A stretch of 64,000 nt of DNA from a virus (Duplodnaviria; Caudoviricetes). Numbering within the stretch: the first letter of the stretch is position 1; every line of letters begins with the position of its first letter. Shown piece after piece: positions 28,737-38,148 of this stretch. The stretch is taken from positions 30,963 to 94,962 of IMG/VR virus record IMGVR_UViG_3300025924_000020. One strand, 5' to 3'. Both the position numbers and the translations under genes were made by a program. A model generated the notes under the pieces. That model was not told the origin of the DNA. It was given only the letters and a program-made list of their open reading frames with translations, and searched no databases.

Positions 28737-29783
28737 TTAGTGCCTTGTGGCTTCTTGATACTTTAATTCATCCATATCTCTAGCATCTGGTAGTTGACTA
28801 AATAGCCCAATCATACCATCAAACTTGAGATCTATTACTTTATTGTTTTCTCCTCTTCTATTCTTCAAAATGTGTAAGCTTCTATACCATGATCTCAATT
28901 GATTCATGTCATAGCCTCTAAATGTAGTTTGCTCTTCAGGTAAATGCCTGATTGGATCGTATAATCCAAGAACAATGTCTGCATCTTTTGTAGGTCTTTT
29001 TGAGTCTTCAAAGTCAGTTAATTTTGGTGTTACACTACCAAACCTCCTTCTTTCTGTAGTAGACAAGTCACCATGAAACTGTTGTACAATAACAAATGTA
29101 AAGTTACATTTATTCCTGAACCATACTGATATTCTACTGATCCTATCAATTGTACTTTTGATAGTTGTGTGTCCGGAATCCATTTCTGCTAAGTTTACAG
29201 TGTCTAAAGCAACTATGATATACAGATTAGGGTTATTAGGCGTATATGTTCCACATTCACTTATAAGTGCTGCTTCTCTACTAAATCTACCATTAGCCTT
29301 AGCTACATTCATTAGAATATCGTGATACTTATTAGGTGTGATATCCTCGTCGAATATTAGGCATTTAGATAAGAATTCAGCAAAGTATTCATCCATATCT
29401 TCTATTAGAATATTACCTTCATCACTAAGTCCTCGTAAGATTCGCTTAGGTGGAATTATCTTCTGATAGTCAAAGTACAACTTTCTTGTCATTGCTCCAG
29501 CTAATCCTATCTCTGGAGTAATCTCTAAACTAAGATCTACAAATAAAACATCTAATTTAGTAGGATCATTTATCCTTTTATAGTATTCATATGGTGTATG
29601 AATATACTTGTCTCTGACTAAAGATGTCTTACCAACAGAACTCTCAGCTCCTACTAGAATATATGTTCCTTGTGTTATACCATCAGTATGATCATCTAGC
29701 TTCTGTATAGTAGTTGGTATATGATTTACACTACCATCTCTGCCTTTAGCAATTAATGCCTTTGTTCTATGTAATACACTCAT
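28737..29783 (-). CDS. DnaB-like replicative helicase
   Basis: GAESSVGKT, SLE, VQQ, DADIVLGL, ILKNRRG. Confidence 0.88.
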   Translation of the reverse strand: MSVLHRTKALIAKGRDGSVNHIPTTIQKLDDHTDGITQGTYILVGAESSVGKTSLVRDKYIHTPYEYYKRINDPTKLDVLFVDLSLEITPEIGLAGAMTRKLYFDYQKIIPPKRILRGLSDEGNILIEDMDEYFAEFLSKCLIFDEDITPNKYHDILMNVAKANGRFSREAALISECGTYTPNNPNLYIIVALDTVNLAEMDSGHTTIKSTIDRISRISVWFRNKCNFTFVIVQQFHGDLSTTERRRFGSVTPKLTDFEDSKRPTKDADIVLGLYDPIRHLPEEQTTFRGYDMNQLRSWYRSLHILKNRRGENNKVIDLKFDGMIGLFSQLPDARDMDELKYQEATRH

Positions 29784-30263
29784 TTAATCCTCCCAGCGAC
29801 TGCTACCATCTATCCTTGCTTCATTACTAGACTCTTTATAGTGATCGTATTCATCCTTCCACACATCATTTATAAGGTATCTAGATAATATTATCTTGTA
29901 GGTGACAGTCTTATAGTAATGCTTCGTTGAGGCTACAAGTCTATCATAGTTAACTGTTGGGTCACTAAGTATTGAGATAAGTTTCTTTACAGCTGGAAGG
30001 TTATACTGTCGTACAGTATAGCTACCTGTTGGAGTATTAACTCTGTGAGGTATTTCTGCATCTCTAATAAACTTATTCCAAATCTCTTTTTTGTCAATGG
30101 TGTACTTAACAGTCGTTGTTGCTGGTAATGATTCAAAATCTATATCAGTTTGTACACCACCTTTTAAATCATCATTCAGCTTCTTAGTGATTACAAAGTC
30201 ATTATAGACCATGATTCCATAACCATTATCCAATAACCATTTCACAACTTCTTCTAAAGCCAT
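29784..30263 (-). CDS. Hypothetical replication-associated protein
   Basis: 159 aa ORF abutting the DnaB gene. Confidence 0.65.
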   Translation of the reverse strand: MALEEVVKWLLDNGYGIMVYNDFVITKKLNDDLKGGVQTDIDFESLPATTTVKYTIDKKEIWNKFIRDAEIPHRVNTPTGSYTVRQYNLPAVKKLISILSDPTVNYDRLVASTKHYYKTVTYKIILSRYLINDVWKDEYDHYKESSNEARIDGSSRWED

Positions 30264-30454
30264 TTAGGAGGTTTACTTTTTTCTAGTACTCTAACTAACT
30301 CACATAAACCATACCATAATAGTACGAACCAACTAAAGATGAATGATAGTACTACATCAGCCCAGTTTCTACTGTAACCCCTTCTGTATTGTGTTTTCTT
30401 TATGATGAAGTATGATACTACTCCTCCTATCAAATAAAAATATAGCCATATCAT
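30254..30454 (-). CDS. Small membrane protein
   Basis: Two hydrophobic segments. Confidence 0.6.
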   Translation of the reverse strand: MIWLYFYLIGGVVSYFIIKKTQYRRGYSRNWADVVLSFIFSWFVLLWYGLCELVRVLEKSKPPKWL

Positions 30455-31716
30455 AATCTTTCAATGTTTAAGTCTTCTTTCAATGTAATTGTTTTAGAGT
30501 TAGTAAGATTAAATGATGCTGTCATTTTATCTGCCCAATTTCTTGCTTGTGTTGCTATTGTCATTTTGGTAAAGCTACCATTAACCTGCCTAACCATCTC
30601 CTCAAAGACTGGTATAAGAATGTATACTTTGAGAGTTTGATCTGGTCTTAGTCTTAATCCTCTACCATGTGTCTGCACAAAAGATGTTTCACTCCCATCA
30701 TATGATTCATAGATAATGGTATCTACTCCAACTAAGTTAACGCCTCTATTCACCTTCTTAACTACAGCGACCTCTTTTATTTCTCCAGAGTTGAGTTTAT
30801 CTAATGCAGTATTATCTTGTTCATTTTTACCATGAAATGGGTTAGGTAATTTATCACATTGCTTAGTTAATGAGCTGAAAATCAATATCTTATGACCTTC
30901 TTCTTGGTGTATCTTATTAATTAGATTCTGAGTTACTTTTATAGAAGAATCTAAGTTGTTAAGTATAGACTTTCGCTTAGTAGCTTTTATTTTGAAGTTC
31001 CAATCGGCAGCCTTCCAATCAGCTTGAGTACTAGCAATAACATTCATAAGTCTATACTTCTTTTCAAGATTTGCTTTAACGATCATAGCTTTATGATACT
31101 CTTTATCATAGTATTTGTATTGATCGTTTTCAGATGTCATAAACTTACCACCATCTCTCTTCTTCTGCTCTATTGTTTTCTGTTTGCTTAAAGGATACTT
31201 AACGAATATGAATTCACTCTTGTTTAGTATACCTGCTTCTTGTAGGTCTTGTACTTCTGCTTTGTAACAGATTGGCAAGAAGCTATTGATAAATGCTTCT
31301 TTCTCTTCAGTTACGAAACCAGTCATACCTAACACTATTTTACATTCATTATTGTCAAAGAACTTTTTGTATTCTTCAGCAATAAAGTCTAACTCATCTG
31401 CTATTACTAGATCGAATTTCCTACCAACCCATTTATAAGCTGTTTGGTAGCACTCTGATTCAATAGATTCCCATCTATATCCCCACTTATCAAACTCTTT
31501 CTTCCAGTTTTCATCTCTAAGAAGAGTAGAGTTAGTAAGAAGTAATATTTTGTCATAACCATTTACGTAATATTCTTTCAAAAAGAATTCTTTTAGAATA
31601 TCTATAGCAATCTTAGACTTACCACTACCTGTAGGAACTACAATAGTATTCTTCCTATCACTTTCTAACCACGCGGCTTTTGCTTCTTGTTGTAGTCTCT
31701 CTCTTGGGTCTTGCAT
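30451..31716 (-). CDS. Superfamily 2 helicase
   Basis: PTGSGKS, IADE, GMTG, RGVNL, QTHGRGLR. Confidence 0.9.
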   Translation of the reverse strand: MQDPRERLQQEAKAAWLESDRKNTIVVPTGSGKSKIAIDILKEFFLKEYYVNGYDKILLLTNSTLLRDENWKKEFDKWGYRWESIESECYQTAYKWVGRKFDLVIADELDFIAEEYKKFFDNNECKIVLGMTGFVTEEKEAFINSFLPICYKAEVQDLQEAGILNKSEFIFVKYPLSKQKTIEQKKRDGGKFMTSENDQYKYYDKEYHKAMIVKANLEKKYRLMNVIASTQADWKAADWNFKIKATKRKSILNNLDSSIKVTQNLINKIHQEEGHKILIFSSLTKQCDKLPNPFHGKNEQDNTALDKLNSGEIKEVAVVKKVNRGVNLVGVDTIIYESYDGSETSFVQTHGRGLRLRPDQTLKVYILIPVFEEMVRQVNGSFTKMTIATQARNWADKMTASFNLTNSKTITLKEDLNIERL

Positions 31717-32278
31717 GAATTTTGAAATCCGTAAATGTACCTGTCTTCATTTTATTATCGATAGAGTTTCTATTTTGACCTATAGCTCTACAAGCGTCAC
31801 TAAGAGAATTGTAAATTTCCCCAGTAGGAAGGTATTCTACTTTGTGACCAGTGGTATTTTTATTTATAAGTCTAGAAGTTGCCTTCATCTTAATAATGGT
31901 GCTAACCTTGTGTTTTCTTCCTTTAGCTGCTTTTCCAAGTTTCTTTTTAGTTTCATTTGATACCACTATATTAGTAGTTCCTTCTCCTCCATCAGTTAAA
32001 TTGCATAATGTACCTAATCCTAAGTCTCTTCTACCATAGAGTTTAATGAATTCTACCTCCTTAATTTTAGCTTCTACTAGTGTTAAATCATCTAACATTA
32101 TCTCTACTTCGTAGGGAGTTTTAGCAGTTATATTGTTCCAGAAATTGCTTCTTTTTCTCTTTGAGAATGCCCTATGATATTCCCTACCTGGTCCCTTATA
32201 TGATTTTTCTTTAGTTCCTATACCGATATAAAAGACTTCATTTTTATCTAATCTGATATGCCTGTAAATATAATTCAT
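31658..32278 (-). CDS. GIY-YIG homing endonuclease with a NUMOD3-like segment
   Basis: YIYRHIR..FYIGIG, E..FI, NLTDGGEG, SNETKKKL. Confidence 0.85.
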   Translation of the reverse strand: MNYIYRHIRLDKNEVFYIGIGTKEKSYKGPGREYHRAFSKRKRSNFWNNITAKTPYEVEIMLDDLTLVEAKIKEVEFIKLYGRRDLGLGTLCNLTDGGEGTTNIVVSNETKKKLGKAAKGRKHKVSTIIKMKATSRLINKNTTGHKVEYLPTGEIYNSLSDACRAIGQNRNSIDNKMKTGTFTDFKIHARPKRETTTRSKSRVVRK

Positions 32279-32282
32279 ACGA

Positions 32283-32290
32283 CAAAGGTA
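32283..32290 (-). promoter_or_regulatory. Bacteroidota -7 element TACCTTTG, 4 nt before ATG
   Basis: Matches TAnnTTTG. Confidence 0.7.
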
Positions 32291-34516
32291 CTATTTATTC
32301 CAGTAGGTAGCAAATTTTCCATCACATTCCATATCAATTTCTTTCATAAGATAGTTTTTGGCCGCCCTCTTCATCAAGTTCATAATTCTCTCTAAGAACC
32401 ATTCTTTTTTTTCAAATGGAACATCGTAGATTAATTCATCATGAACTTGTAAAACAAATTTACAATCCTGTTTAAATAAGTTAGCCCAAAGATCAATCAT
32501 ACACATAGCCTCTCGTACAATATCACTATTGGTACCTTGGATTGGGGAGTTTCTAGATGCAGCTTCTACCTCTAATAGAGTTGACTTGTCTATAGGAAAA
32601 TCATAATGTTTATGATCAAGAATTGGTGTAAACCATCTTCTACTATTAGTCCTAGTATTATGAATAACGTAACCATTTTCGGTTGCTTTCTTAGCTTTAT
32701 TTTCTAGAAAACTAATTACTCGTGGTACTTCATTCTTTATTACGTCAATACAAATTTGACCTTCTTCAACAGTTATTTGTGCAGTGTTAGCTACCTTAGT
32801 CGCAAAAATTCCGTATGCGACTGGAAATAAACCCGCAGAGTTTTTAAACTTATGTCGTTCTTTTTCCTTCTCTACATTTGTTTTATTCATTTCATAAGTT
32901 TCTGACAACTGCTTCCACTTAGGGTCACCAGTTTTCATATACCTATTAGCATAAATAGCTCTATAACATTTAGTACCAAAATAACTGTGCATATCAGGTA
33001 AATCAAGTATCGCTTTTACAGTCAAGTCCTCTGCTAAGGAGGCCATAATAATACCCTCGCAGGCTTTGTAATCTACTGTAATTAAAGCTCTACCTTCATC
33101 TGCCACAAAACATTCTCTGTACTCTTTTGGAGATGGTATCTGTTGTGCGTTGAATAATCCTTGTTTCCTGTTTCCGCTAGAAAATCTACCTGTTGTTGTT
33201 CCAGCCTGGTCTATTTTAGTATATGCTCTACCTTCTTTGACATATTGATGTACCCATTTTCCACCAAAGGAGTGAACGTTATGTATAAGTTTTTTATACT
33301 TATCAAATTGCTCCATGAAAGGGGTATGTATACTATCTTGATTGTTAATTAACCACGCGGCTCTTGCTTCTTTACCAACACCAGGTTTCATTTGGTGTGT
33401 CTTCTTATCTTTACCTAATGGTAAAGGAATAGACATCTGTTCAAATACCTTTAATACTTGCTTCTGACTACTCCAATTTATATCACTGGTTGTGTGGGAA
33501 ATCTCTTGTAATAAGTCTACGGAGAGCTTTTCTAATTGTTTCTTCTGAGTCTGATAACTTTTTAGATGAGTTTTGTTCTTTTCCTCTAAGTTTTTCAACT
33601 GCAGCTCTAGCTTTTCTTTTCGCTTTTGCTCTTTTGATCTTCTGTTCTCCCACTTTAAGCGTTCCTTTACTAGAGCTGGGTTTACTACTTCCATGTTTAC
33701 CCCAGGAGTTGAGGAGACCATGTTGTTTAGTGTTTCGCATACTTTATCTGCTTTTTCTTGTCTTTCTTTTGCAATATCTAACCATTTAGGTGTATTATGC
33801 TTGATGCCTTTAGTTTCTGTCCATGCAATAGGTTTGATTATTCTACTGCATAGAGAATTAACTAGGAATGTTTGTCCTAACTTGTCTGCATATTGAAGCT
33901 GTGCCTCATACATGGCTTTTAGTTTGATACTATCACCAGCATTGTATAGGATATGTTTATTTTCAAAGAATTCACATGTAGCAAATTCATTCCTAATATC
34001 TTTATCCATATGAATAGGTACAGCATCATTACCCAACCATCTATTTATTTCTGATATAAGATCATGCTTATATCCTTCTTTACCAGAATATAGACGTTTA
34101 CCAGTAACCATAGTACAACCGTACCTCATTGGCATAAAGCCAGTAGCTGTACCCCATATTGCTTCATGATCTGCATTGTGAGCAATGAAGAAACACCTTT
34201 TTAATATTTCAGGTGTAAATACTGCACTATTTGGTATAGATGTATTATCTATTACTAGAACATGATCATTACCCCAATGGAATGAGGATAAAAGTAATTG
34301 TCCTTTATTAGGCTCACCTCTATTCTCTATATCATGTCCTAGTACTAGCCAACCTTTGAATCTTTTATCAATCTCCTCCGTAGAATCGCTCCCACTCAGC
34401 TTCAGTAAGTCCTGTAATTGGCTTACTTGCTGTAGGTTCAGGAGTTGTATCTGTGGGTGGTGTACTTGATGGTCTGTTCTGTTTGTTAAGAACGTAACGG
34501 TCATACTCTTGTGCAA
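32291..34516 (-). CDS. polA: DNA polymerase family A with a 3'-5' exonuclease domain
   Basis: HDIE, AHN..HE, YNAGD exo motifs; TTTGRFSS, NAQQIP, DYKACE (motif A), R..K..YG (B), QGTNSD, QVHDEL (C). Confidence 0.92.
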   Translation of the reverse strand: MHKSMTVTFLTNRTDHQVHHPQIQLLNLQQVSQLQDLLKLSGSDSTEEIDKRFKGWLVLGHDIENRGEPNKGQLLLSSFHWGNDHVLVIDNTSIPNSAVFTPEILKRCFFIAHNADHEAIWGTATGFMPMRYGCTMVTGKRLYSGKEGYKHDLISEINRWLGNDAVPIHMDKDIRNEFATCEFFENKHILYNAGDSIKLKAMYEAQLQYADKLGQTFLVNSLCSRIIKPIAWTETKGIKHNTPKWLDIAKERQEKADKVCETLNNMVSSTPGVNMEVVNPALVKERLKWENRRSKEQKRKEKLELQLKNLEEKNKTHLKSYQTQKKQLEKLSVDLLQEISHTTSDINWSSQKQVLKVFEQMSIPLPLGKDKKTHQMKPGVGKEARAAWLINNQDSIHTPFMEQFDKYKKLIHNVHSFGGKWVHQYVKEGRAYTKIDQAGTTTGRFSSGNRKQGLFNAQQIPSPKEYRECFVADEGRALITVDYKACEGIIMASLAEDLTVKAILDLPDMHSYFGTKCYRAIYANRYMKTGDPKWKQLSETYEMNKTNVEKEKERHKFKNSAGLFPVAYGIFATKVANTAQITVEEGQICIDVIKNEVPRVISFLENKAKKATENGYVIHNTRTNSRRWFTPILDHKHYDFPIDKSTLLEVEAASRNSPIQGTNSDIVREAMCMIDLWANLFKQDCKFVLQVHDELIYDVPFEKKEWFLERIMNLMKRAAKNYLMKEIDMECDGKFATYWNK

Positions 34517-34571
34517 GATCGGTCATTGTTTCGTAAAACTCTTCTCTAGTGTCTTGTTTGTTTTTTCCCAT
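34368..34571 (-). CDS. Small hypothetical protein overlapping the 5' part of the polA ORF
   Basis: 67 aa, ATG after an AT-rich leader and a terminator. Confidence 0.5.
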   Translation of the reverse strand: MGKNKQDTREEFYETMTDLAQEYDRYVLNKQNRPSSTPPTDTTPEPTASKPITGLTEAEWERFYGGD

Positions 34572-34602
34572 GTTATTATAATTTGACTTTGTTAACGAAA
34601 AA

Positions 34603-34642
34603 CAAACCCCAAAGAAAACTGGACTAATTTTTTCTTTGGGGT
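34603..34642 (-). terminator. Intrinsic terminator
   Basis: ccccaaagaaaa...ttttctttgggg hairpin; T-tract on the minus strand. Confidence 0.6.
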
Positions 34643-34662
34643 ATAAAATTTAATTGTGCTTA

Positions 34663-35178
34663 TTAAGCGGGTTGAGTGATCTCATTAGTATGAGCAGCAA
34701 CTGCAGCGAAACTGAATTTGCTTGCAGTTTTAGCGCTATTCACACGAATGTTAGTAACTCGCAATACTTCTTCTCCTTCTTGGCTAGCTACATAGCCTAC
34801 AGTAACCTCCACCTCTTCACCTTTCATAGGTAAAGATGGTGATTGACCTTCTGGTTTCCAAATAGAAGCTGTCATGAATAGACCATTAGTCTCTTCAATA
34901 GCAACGCTCTCTTGACCAGCAAATGTCTCAGCTACTTGTTGTGCTTTGTCTTTAGCAATAGCTTTCAGGTTTACAATGTAGCGACTACCTTTGTCGTCTG
35001 TAAAGAGATTCTTCTCAGATACATTGTTTAGTACAGTGAGATTGTACTTACCTGGTGAATCAATAAGAGCAAATTTGTCTAATAGACTCGTTTTGAATAA
35101 AATTCCACTCGTTCCTTCCATAACTTTCCTTTTATAAATTGTATGTAATTGTTTTTTAAAAATACCTATGTAACCCAT
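34663..35178 (-). CDS. Possible OB-fold/ssDNA-binding protein (likely start MEGTSG)
   Basis: Beta-rich, LPMKGEEVEVTVGYV; followed by a terminator, upstream of polA. Confidence 0.5.
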   Translation of the reverse strand: MGYIGIFKKQLHTIYKRKVMEGTSGILFKTSLLDKFALIDSPGKYNLTVLNNVSEKNLFTDDKGSRYIVNLKAIAKDKAQQVAETFAGQESVAIEETNGLFMTASIWKPEGQSPSLPMKGEEVEVTVGYVASQEGEEVLRVTNIRVNSAKTASKFSFAAVAAHTNEITQPA

Positions 35179-35201
35179 AGGTGAGGTTATACACTTAGTC
35201 C

Positions 35202-35447
35202 TTAGTGTAATATCTTTTCTACAAATTCACGATCAGCACAAAGTCCATTAGACAATATGTATGAATCAGATTTGGGATTATAATCTAAAATTTCTAAGGT
35301 ATCTTTCTGTACTACTATTGTCTTACCAATACTAGCACCTTTCTGTTTATCTAAGGCTGCGTTATCAGCTACAGCAAACATTCCTACTAGTATAAATACT
35401 ATTATAACGATACTCCACAGTCCCCAGAAAACAGTAGATGCTTTCAT
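35202..35447 (-). CDS. Small membrane-anchored protein
   Basis: N-terminal TM helix. Confidence 0.65.
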   Translation of the reverse strand: MKASTVFWGLWSIVIIVFILVGMFAVADNAALDKQKGASIGKTIVVQKDTLEILDYNPKSDSYILSNGLCADREFVEKILH

Positions 35448-35761
35448 ATTCGCTGCTTACCAATAGTCAGATGAATGTTAGCTCTCATTTGATCAACGTT
35501 CTCAATGTAAGAGTTTAGTAGTTGGTTATCCAAGTATTGACTAGTTCTTGTTTTCCTTCTAGCTTCTTTAAGTCTAGAATCTCTTCGCCATACTTCAGGA
35601 TCTCTATTGGCTACAAGCACTAATGGTGCTATAGGAGCATTTTCTTCTCCTGCAAAATCATGTCCACGTTCTGATGTAGTAATGTTACATCTACCGTATT
35701 TAAGGTCACCTACGAAAACTCCCTTTCGTGGTGATAAGTCAACTAGCTGTTCTCTGTGCAT
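35444..35761 (-). CDS. Hypothetical protein
   Basis: 105 aa ORF. Confidence 0.6.
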   Translation of the reverse strand: MHREQLVDLSPRKGVFVGDLKYGRCNITTSERGHDFAGEENAPIAPLVLVANRDPEVWRRDSRLKEARRKTRTSQYLDNQLLNSYIENVDQMRANIHLTIGKQRI

Positions 35762-35978
35762 AAGTCATTAGTATTTCTGTTGGATCATTAGAGAAGAAAG
35801 CAGCTGCTATAGTAACAGCTTGCTCAAACTTCTCTAACTCTTTTGGTTCGGGTTTACAAACTATTTTTTGTCCTTTGTTAATTAAGATATACATCTCAAT
35901 TAATCTATATCCTTCAGCAGTAGTGAATTCCTTCTGTATTGCTATGTTGTGTAGTAACATTAGATCAAAAATATCCAT
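35739..35978 (-). CDS. Hypothetical protein
   Basis: 79 aa ORF. Confidence 0.6.
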   Translation of the reverse strand: MDIFDLMLLHNIAIQKEFTTAEGYRLIEMYILINKGQKIVCKPEPKELEKFEQAVTIAAAFFSNDPTEILMTYAQRTAS

Positions 35979-35979
35979 A

Positions 35980-36441
35980 CTACTTCTTAACGAAGTCCAA
36001 GATATCTTTCAATGCTCCATACTCTGGATTAACAAAACCCATTATAATGGTATCTAGACTAAGTAATGTTCCAATAGATAGTATCACAGCTAAAACAGTG
36101 AAGCCTATTCCTAGTATAAGGTTATAAGTCCCTTTAGTTATGTCTCCGTAATCAGTCCAAACAACTAATTTTATCTGTTTGTAGGCTATCAGGAAGCTGA
36201 TAATAGCAATGATACCTATAACTAACCAAACAAATGAATTAACTACTTGCTGTTTCACCATTACAGTATAAACATGTTCAGCTCCTACTTTAAGGGCTTT
36301 ACCCAATCCTTGCAATGCATCTTTAACATCACTATAGATCTTCTCTTTAGTTAGCTTAACGCTATCTTGTTTTTGTGCATAAGCACAGTTTGCAACACCA
36401 ATTCCTAGAATTAATATTGCTGTTATAATTAATCTTTTCAT
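35980..36441 (-). CDS. Membrane protein (signal peptide + 2 TM, NPEY motif)
   Basis: Hydrophobicity pattern; coupled to the lysin gene. Confidence 0.7.
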   Translation of the reverse strand: MKRLIITAILILGIGVANCAYAQKQDSVKLTKEKIYSDVKDALQGLGKALKVGAEHVYTVMVKQQVVNSFVWLVIGIIAIISFLIAYKQIKLVVWTDYGDITKGTYNLILGIGFTVLAVILSIGTLLSLDTIIMGFVNPEYGALKDILDFVKK

Positions 36442-37088
36442 ACTTTTACTCGTTTAATCCAATGATTCAGAAATATGATCTGACTTGATTTTCTATCTAC
36501 AATATTAGTGTAGAAATCAATCCTGTTATTCATCAGTTTTACTAAGAACTCCCACTTGTTTACTTTATTGAGTTGTTCTATAGTTTGTGAGTTGATACAA
36601 TTGGTTATTTCAACTGTATAACCCATTTGACATAGCGTTGTCTGCACTATAGCAGCACCAACTGTACCATTAATTCTAAAGTCCAATACATAGTTAGCTA
36701 TATCTTGATCTTTTAGATTCATAAAGTCTTCTTTAACCCAAATGGTTAGGTAGTAGTCTAATACATAATGATATAACATAGGATCTGGGATACTGTCGTT
36801 CCACTTGATTCTATTATGTCTTTTGTATTCATCTACATATTTCCATCCTAACCACTCTGAGTTGAACCTTCTTGCAATACCTCTATATGTTTCTTGACCA
36901 TAATCATTTGGGTGATGTACCCAGAATCCTTCATGATCTAAGACATATTTGAGAGCTATTCTAAAATCTGCCCGCTGTGGTTGTAACACCACCTTTACTT
37001 GAATTGTCTCCTTTGTCGCCTTTCCACATTGTAAGGAAGATAAGACCAACAATAATGACACACATAACTTCCGCCATAGTTTCTTCAT
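36438..37088 (-). CDS. Glycoside hydrolase family 108 lysozyme with an N-terminal signal
   Basis: HEG..HPNDYGQETYRGI catalytic pattern; C-terminal FLNHWIKR. Confidence 0.88.
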   Translation of the reverse strand: MKKLWRKLCVSLLLVLSSLQCGKATKETIQVKVVLQPQRADFRIALKYVLDHEGFWVHHPNDYGQETYRGIARRFNSEWLGWKYVDEYKRHNRIKWNDSIPDPMLYHYVLDYYLTIWVKEDFMNLKDQDIANYVLDFRINGTVGAAIVQTTLCQMGYTVEITNCINSQTIEQLNKVNKWEFLVKLMNNRIDFYTNIVDRKSSQIIFLNHWIKRVKV

Positions 37089-37111
37089 TTTTAAAATTTA
37101 GGTAAAACATA

Positions 37112-37533
37112 AGATACACCCTAACCGAGAACATTAGCGGTTAGTATCTACCTACTCTCCCTTAGATACAAGGAATATCGTGGGCGTATCTGTTCCTCAC
37201 TGTATGCTAAGAATTCCTCTTAGTCAGATATTGGCATATGTTGTAATAGGGACAACATTAACCCTATAATTTTTAATGGCTGGAGCAGTACGCTGTCGTC
37301 TAGTTAACTGGATTTTACACACTTATAACGCCTATATTACCTCTCTATCACAGAGTATGCGTAGGGAACCAGCACCACCAAAATGTCTTATCCCAGAACT
37401 TTCGAACATTCTGGGGACTTCTTTAATTATGACTTCCGTAACCTAGTATCTAGAAGTTAATAGGACTTGTTAGTTGTTAATGGCCCTAGAACGCACACAA
37501 CATGTATAGTTTCCTAATTCATAAAAATTAAAG
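37112..37533 (-). ncRNA. Cluster of putative stem-closed structured RNA modules
   Basis: Closing stems agatacaccc/gggcgtatct (37112-37191), tggctggagc/gcaccacca (~37277-37381), ctttaatt/aattaaag (37421-37533); no ORF. Confidence 0.45.
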
Positions 37534-37549
37534 CAAGATTTTTAAATAG

Positions 37550-37634
37550 TAGCGGGGATAGGACTCGAACCTATGAGGTCTTTCGACACAAGCTTATGAG
37601 GCTTGACTGCTACCAGCTACAGGGCTACCCCGCG
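37550..37634 (-). tRNA. tRNA-Met (CAT), initiator-like acceptor stem, long variable arm
   Basis: CGCGGGG/CCCCGCT, anticodon arm CAAGC-CTCATAA-GCTTG, T arm ATAGG-TTCGAGT-CCTAT; CCA not encoded. Confidence 0.85.
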
Positions 37635-37639
37635 ATGAA

Positions 37640-37817
37640 AGATCAAATCTATATTAACACCGTACAAATAGGTGTGTTATAGTTTCATTGTTAATTACTT
37701 CTTCTATCACTTGATCCGCTAAGACCAATGTTAACAATAATAGCTGCTACAGCGTACCATGTTAATTGGCTAAATGACGCTTCTATAATCAGTGTCTCTG
37801 ATAATCAGATTTGATCT
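37640..37817 (-). ncRNA. Putative structured RNA module
   Basis: Perfect 11-bp closing inverted repeat agatcaaatct/agatttgatct with internal hairpins. Confidence 0.45.
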
Positions 37818-37917
37818 AATTTCTTTTGATAAATTTCTTCTAATCTATGATCTTTACCAGCAAGCAAAAGAATAAAAAATGCTGATATGTACAATAATAA
37901 CCTCTTAAAGAACTTTC

Positions 37918-38148
37918 TCATGATTCTAGAGTTTCTTGTATGTATTTGGCAAACGGTGTTGCTATAAATCTCTCATCAAATTTGATGGTGCCATCACTGG
38001 CTTCTTCGAACTTACTAACTTTAACTGGTTCCAATAGATTACCAGTTACTTTATCTCTAATTGAATAGACTATCATCTTTGTTGTAAATGATAATCGTTT
38101 GATGAACATATCAGAGTGCTGTAGTTGTACTTTAAATAAATGTATCAT
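37918..38148 (-). CDS. Hypothetical protein
   Basis: 76 aa ORF. Confidence 0.55.
   Translation of the reverse strand: MIHLFKVQLQHSDMFIKRLSFTTKMIVYSIRDKVTGNLLEPVKVSKFEEASDGTIKFDERFIATPFAKYIQETLES

Noticed and set aside
37195-37235. Hammerhead ribozyme suggested by CTGA next to a hairpin on the minus strand
   Set aside because: The CUGAnGA and GAAA core elements are not both present
37277-37381. tmRNA or tRNA suggested by a plus-strand CCACCA end
   Set aside because: No T-arm consensus, too short for tmRNA, and opposite to the local transcription direction
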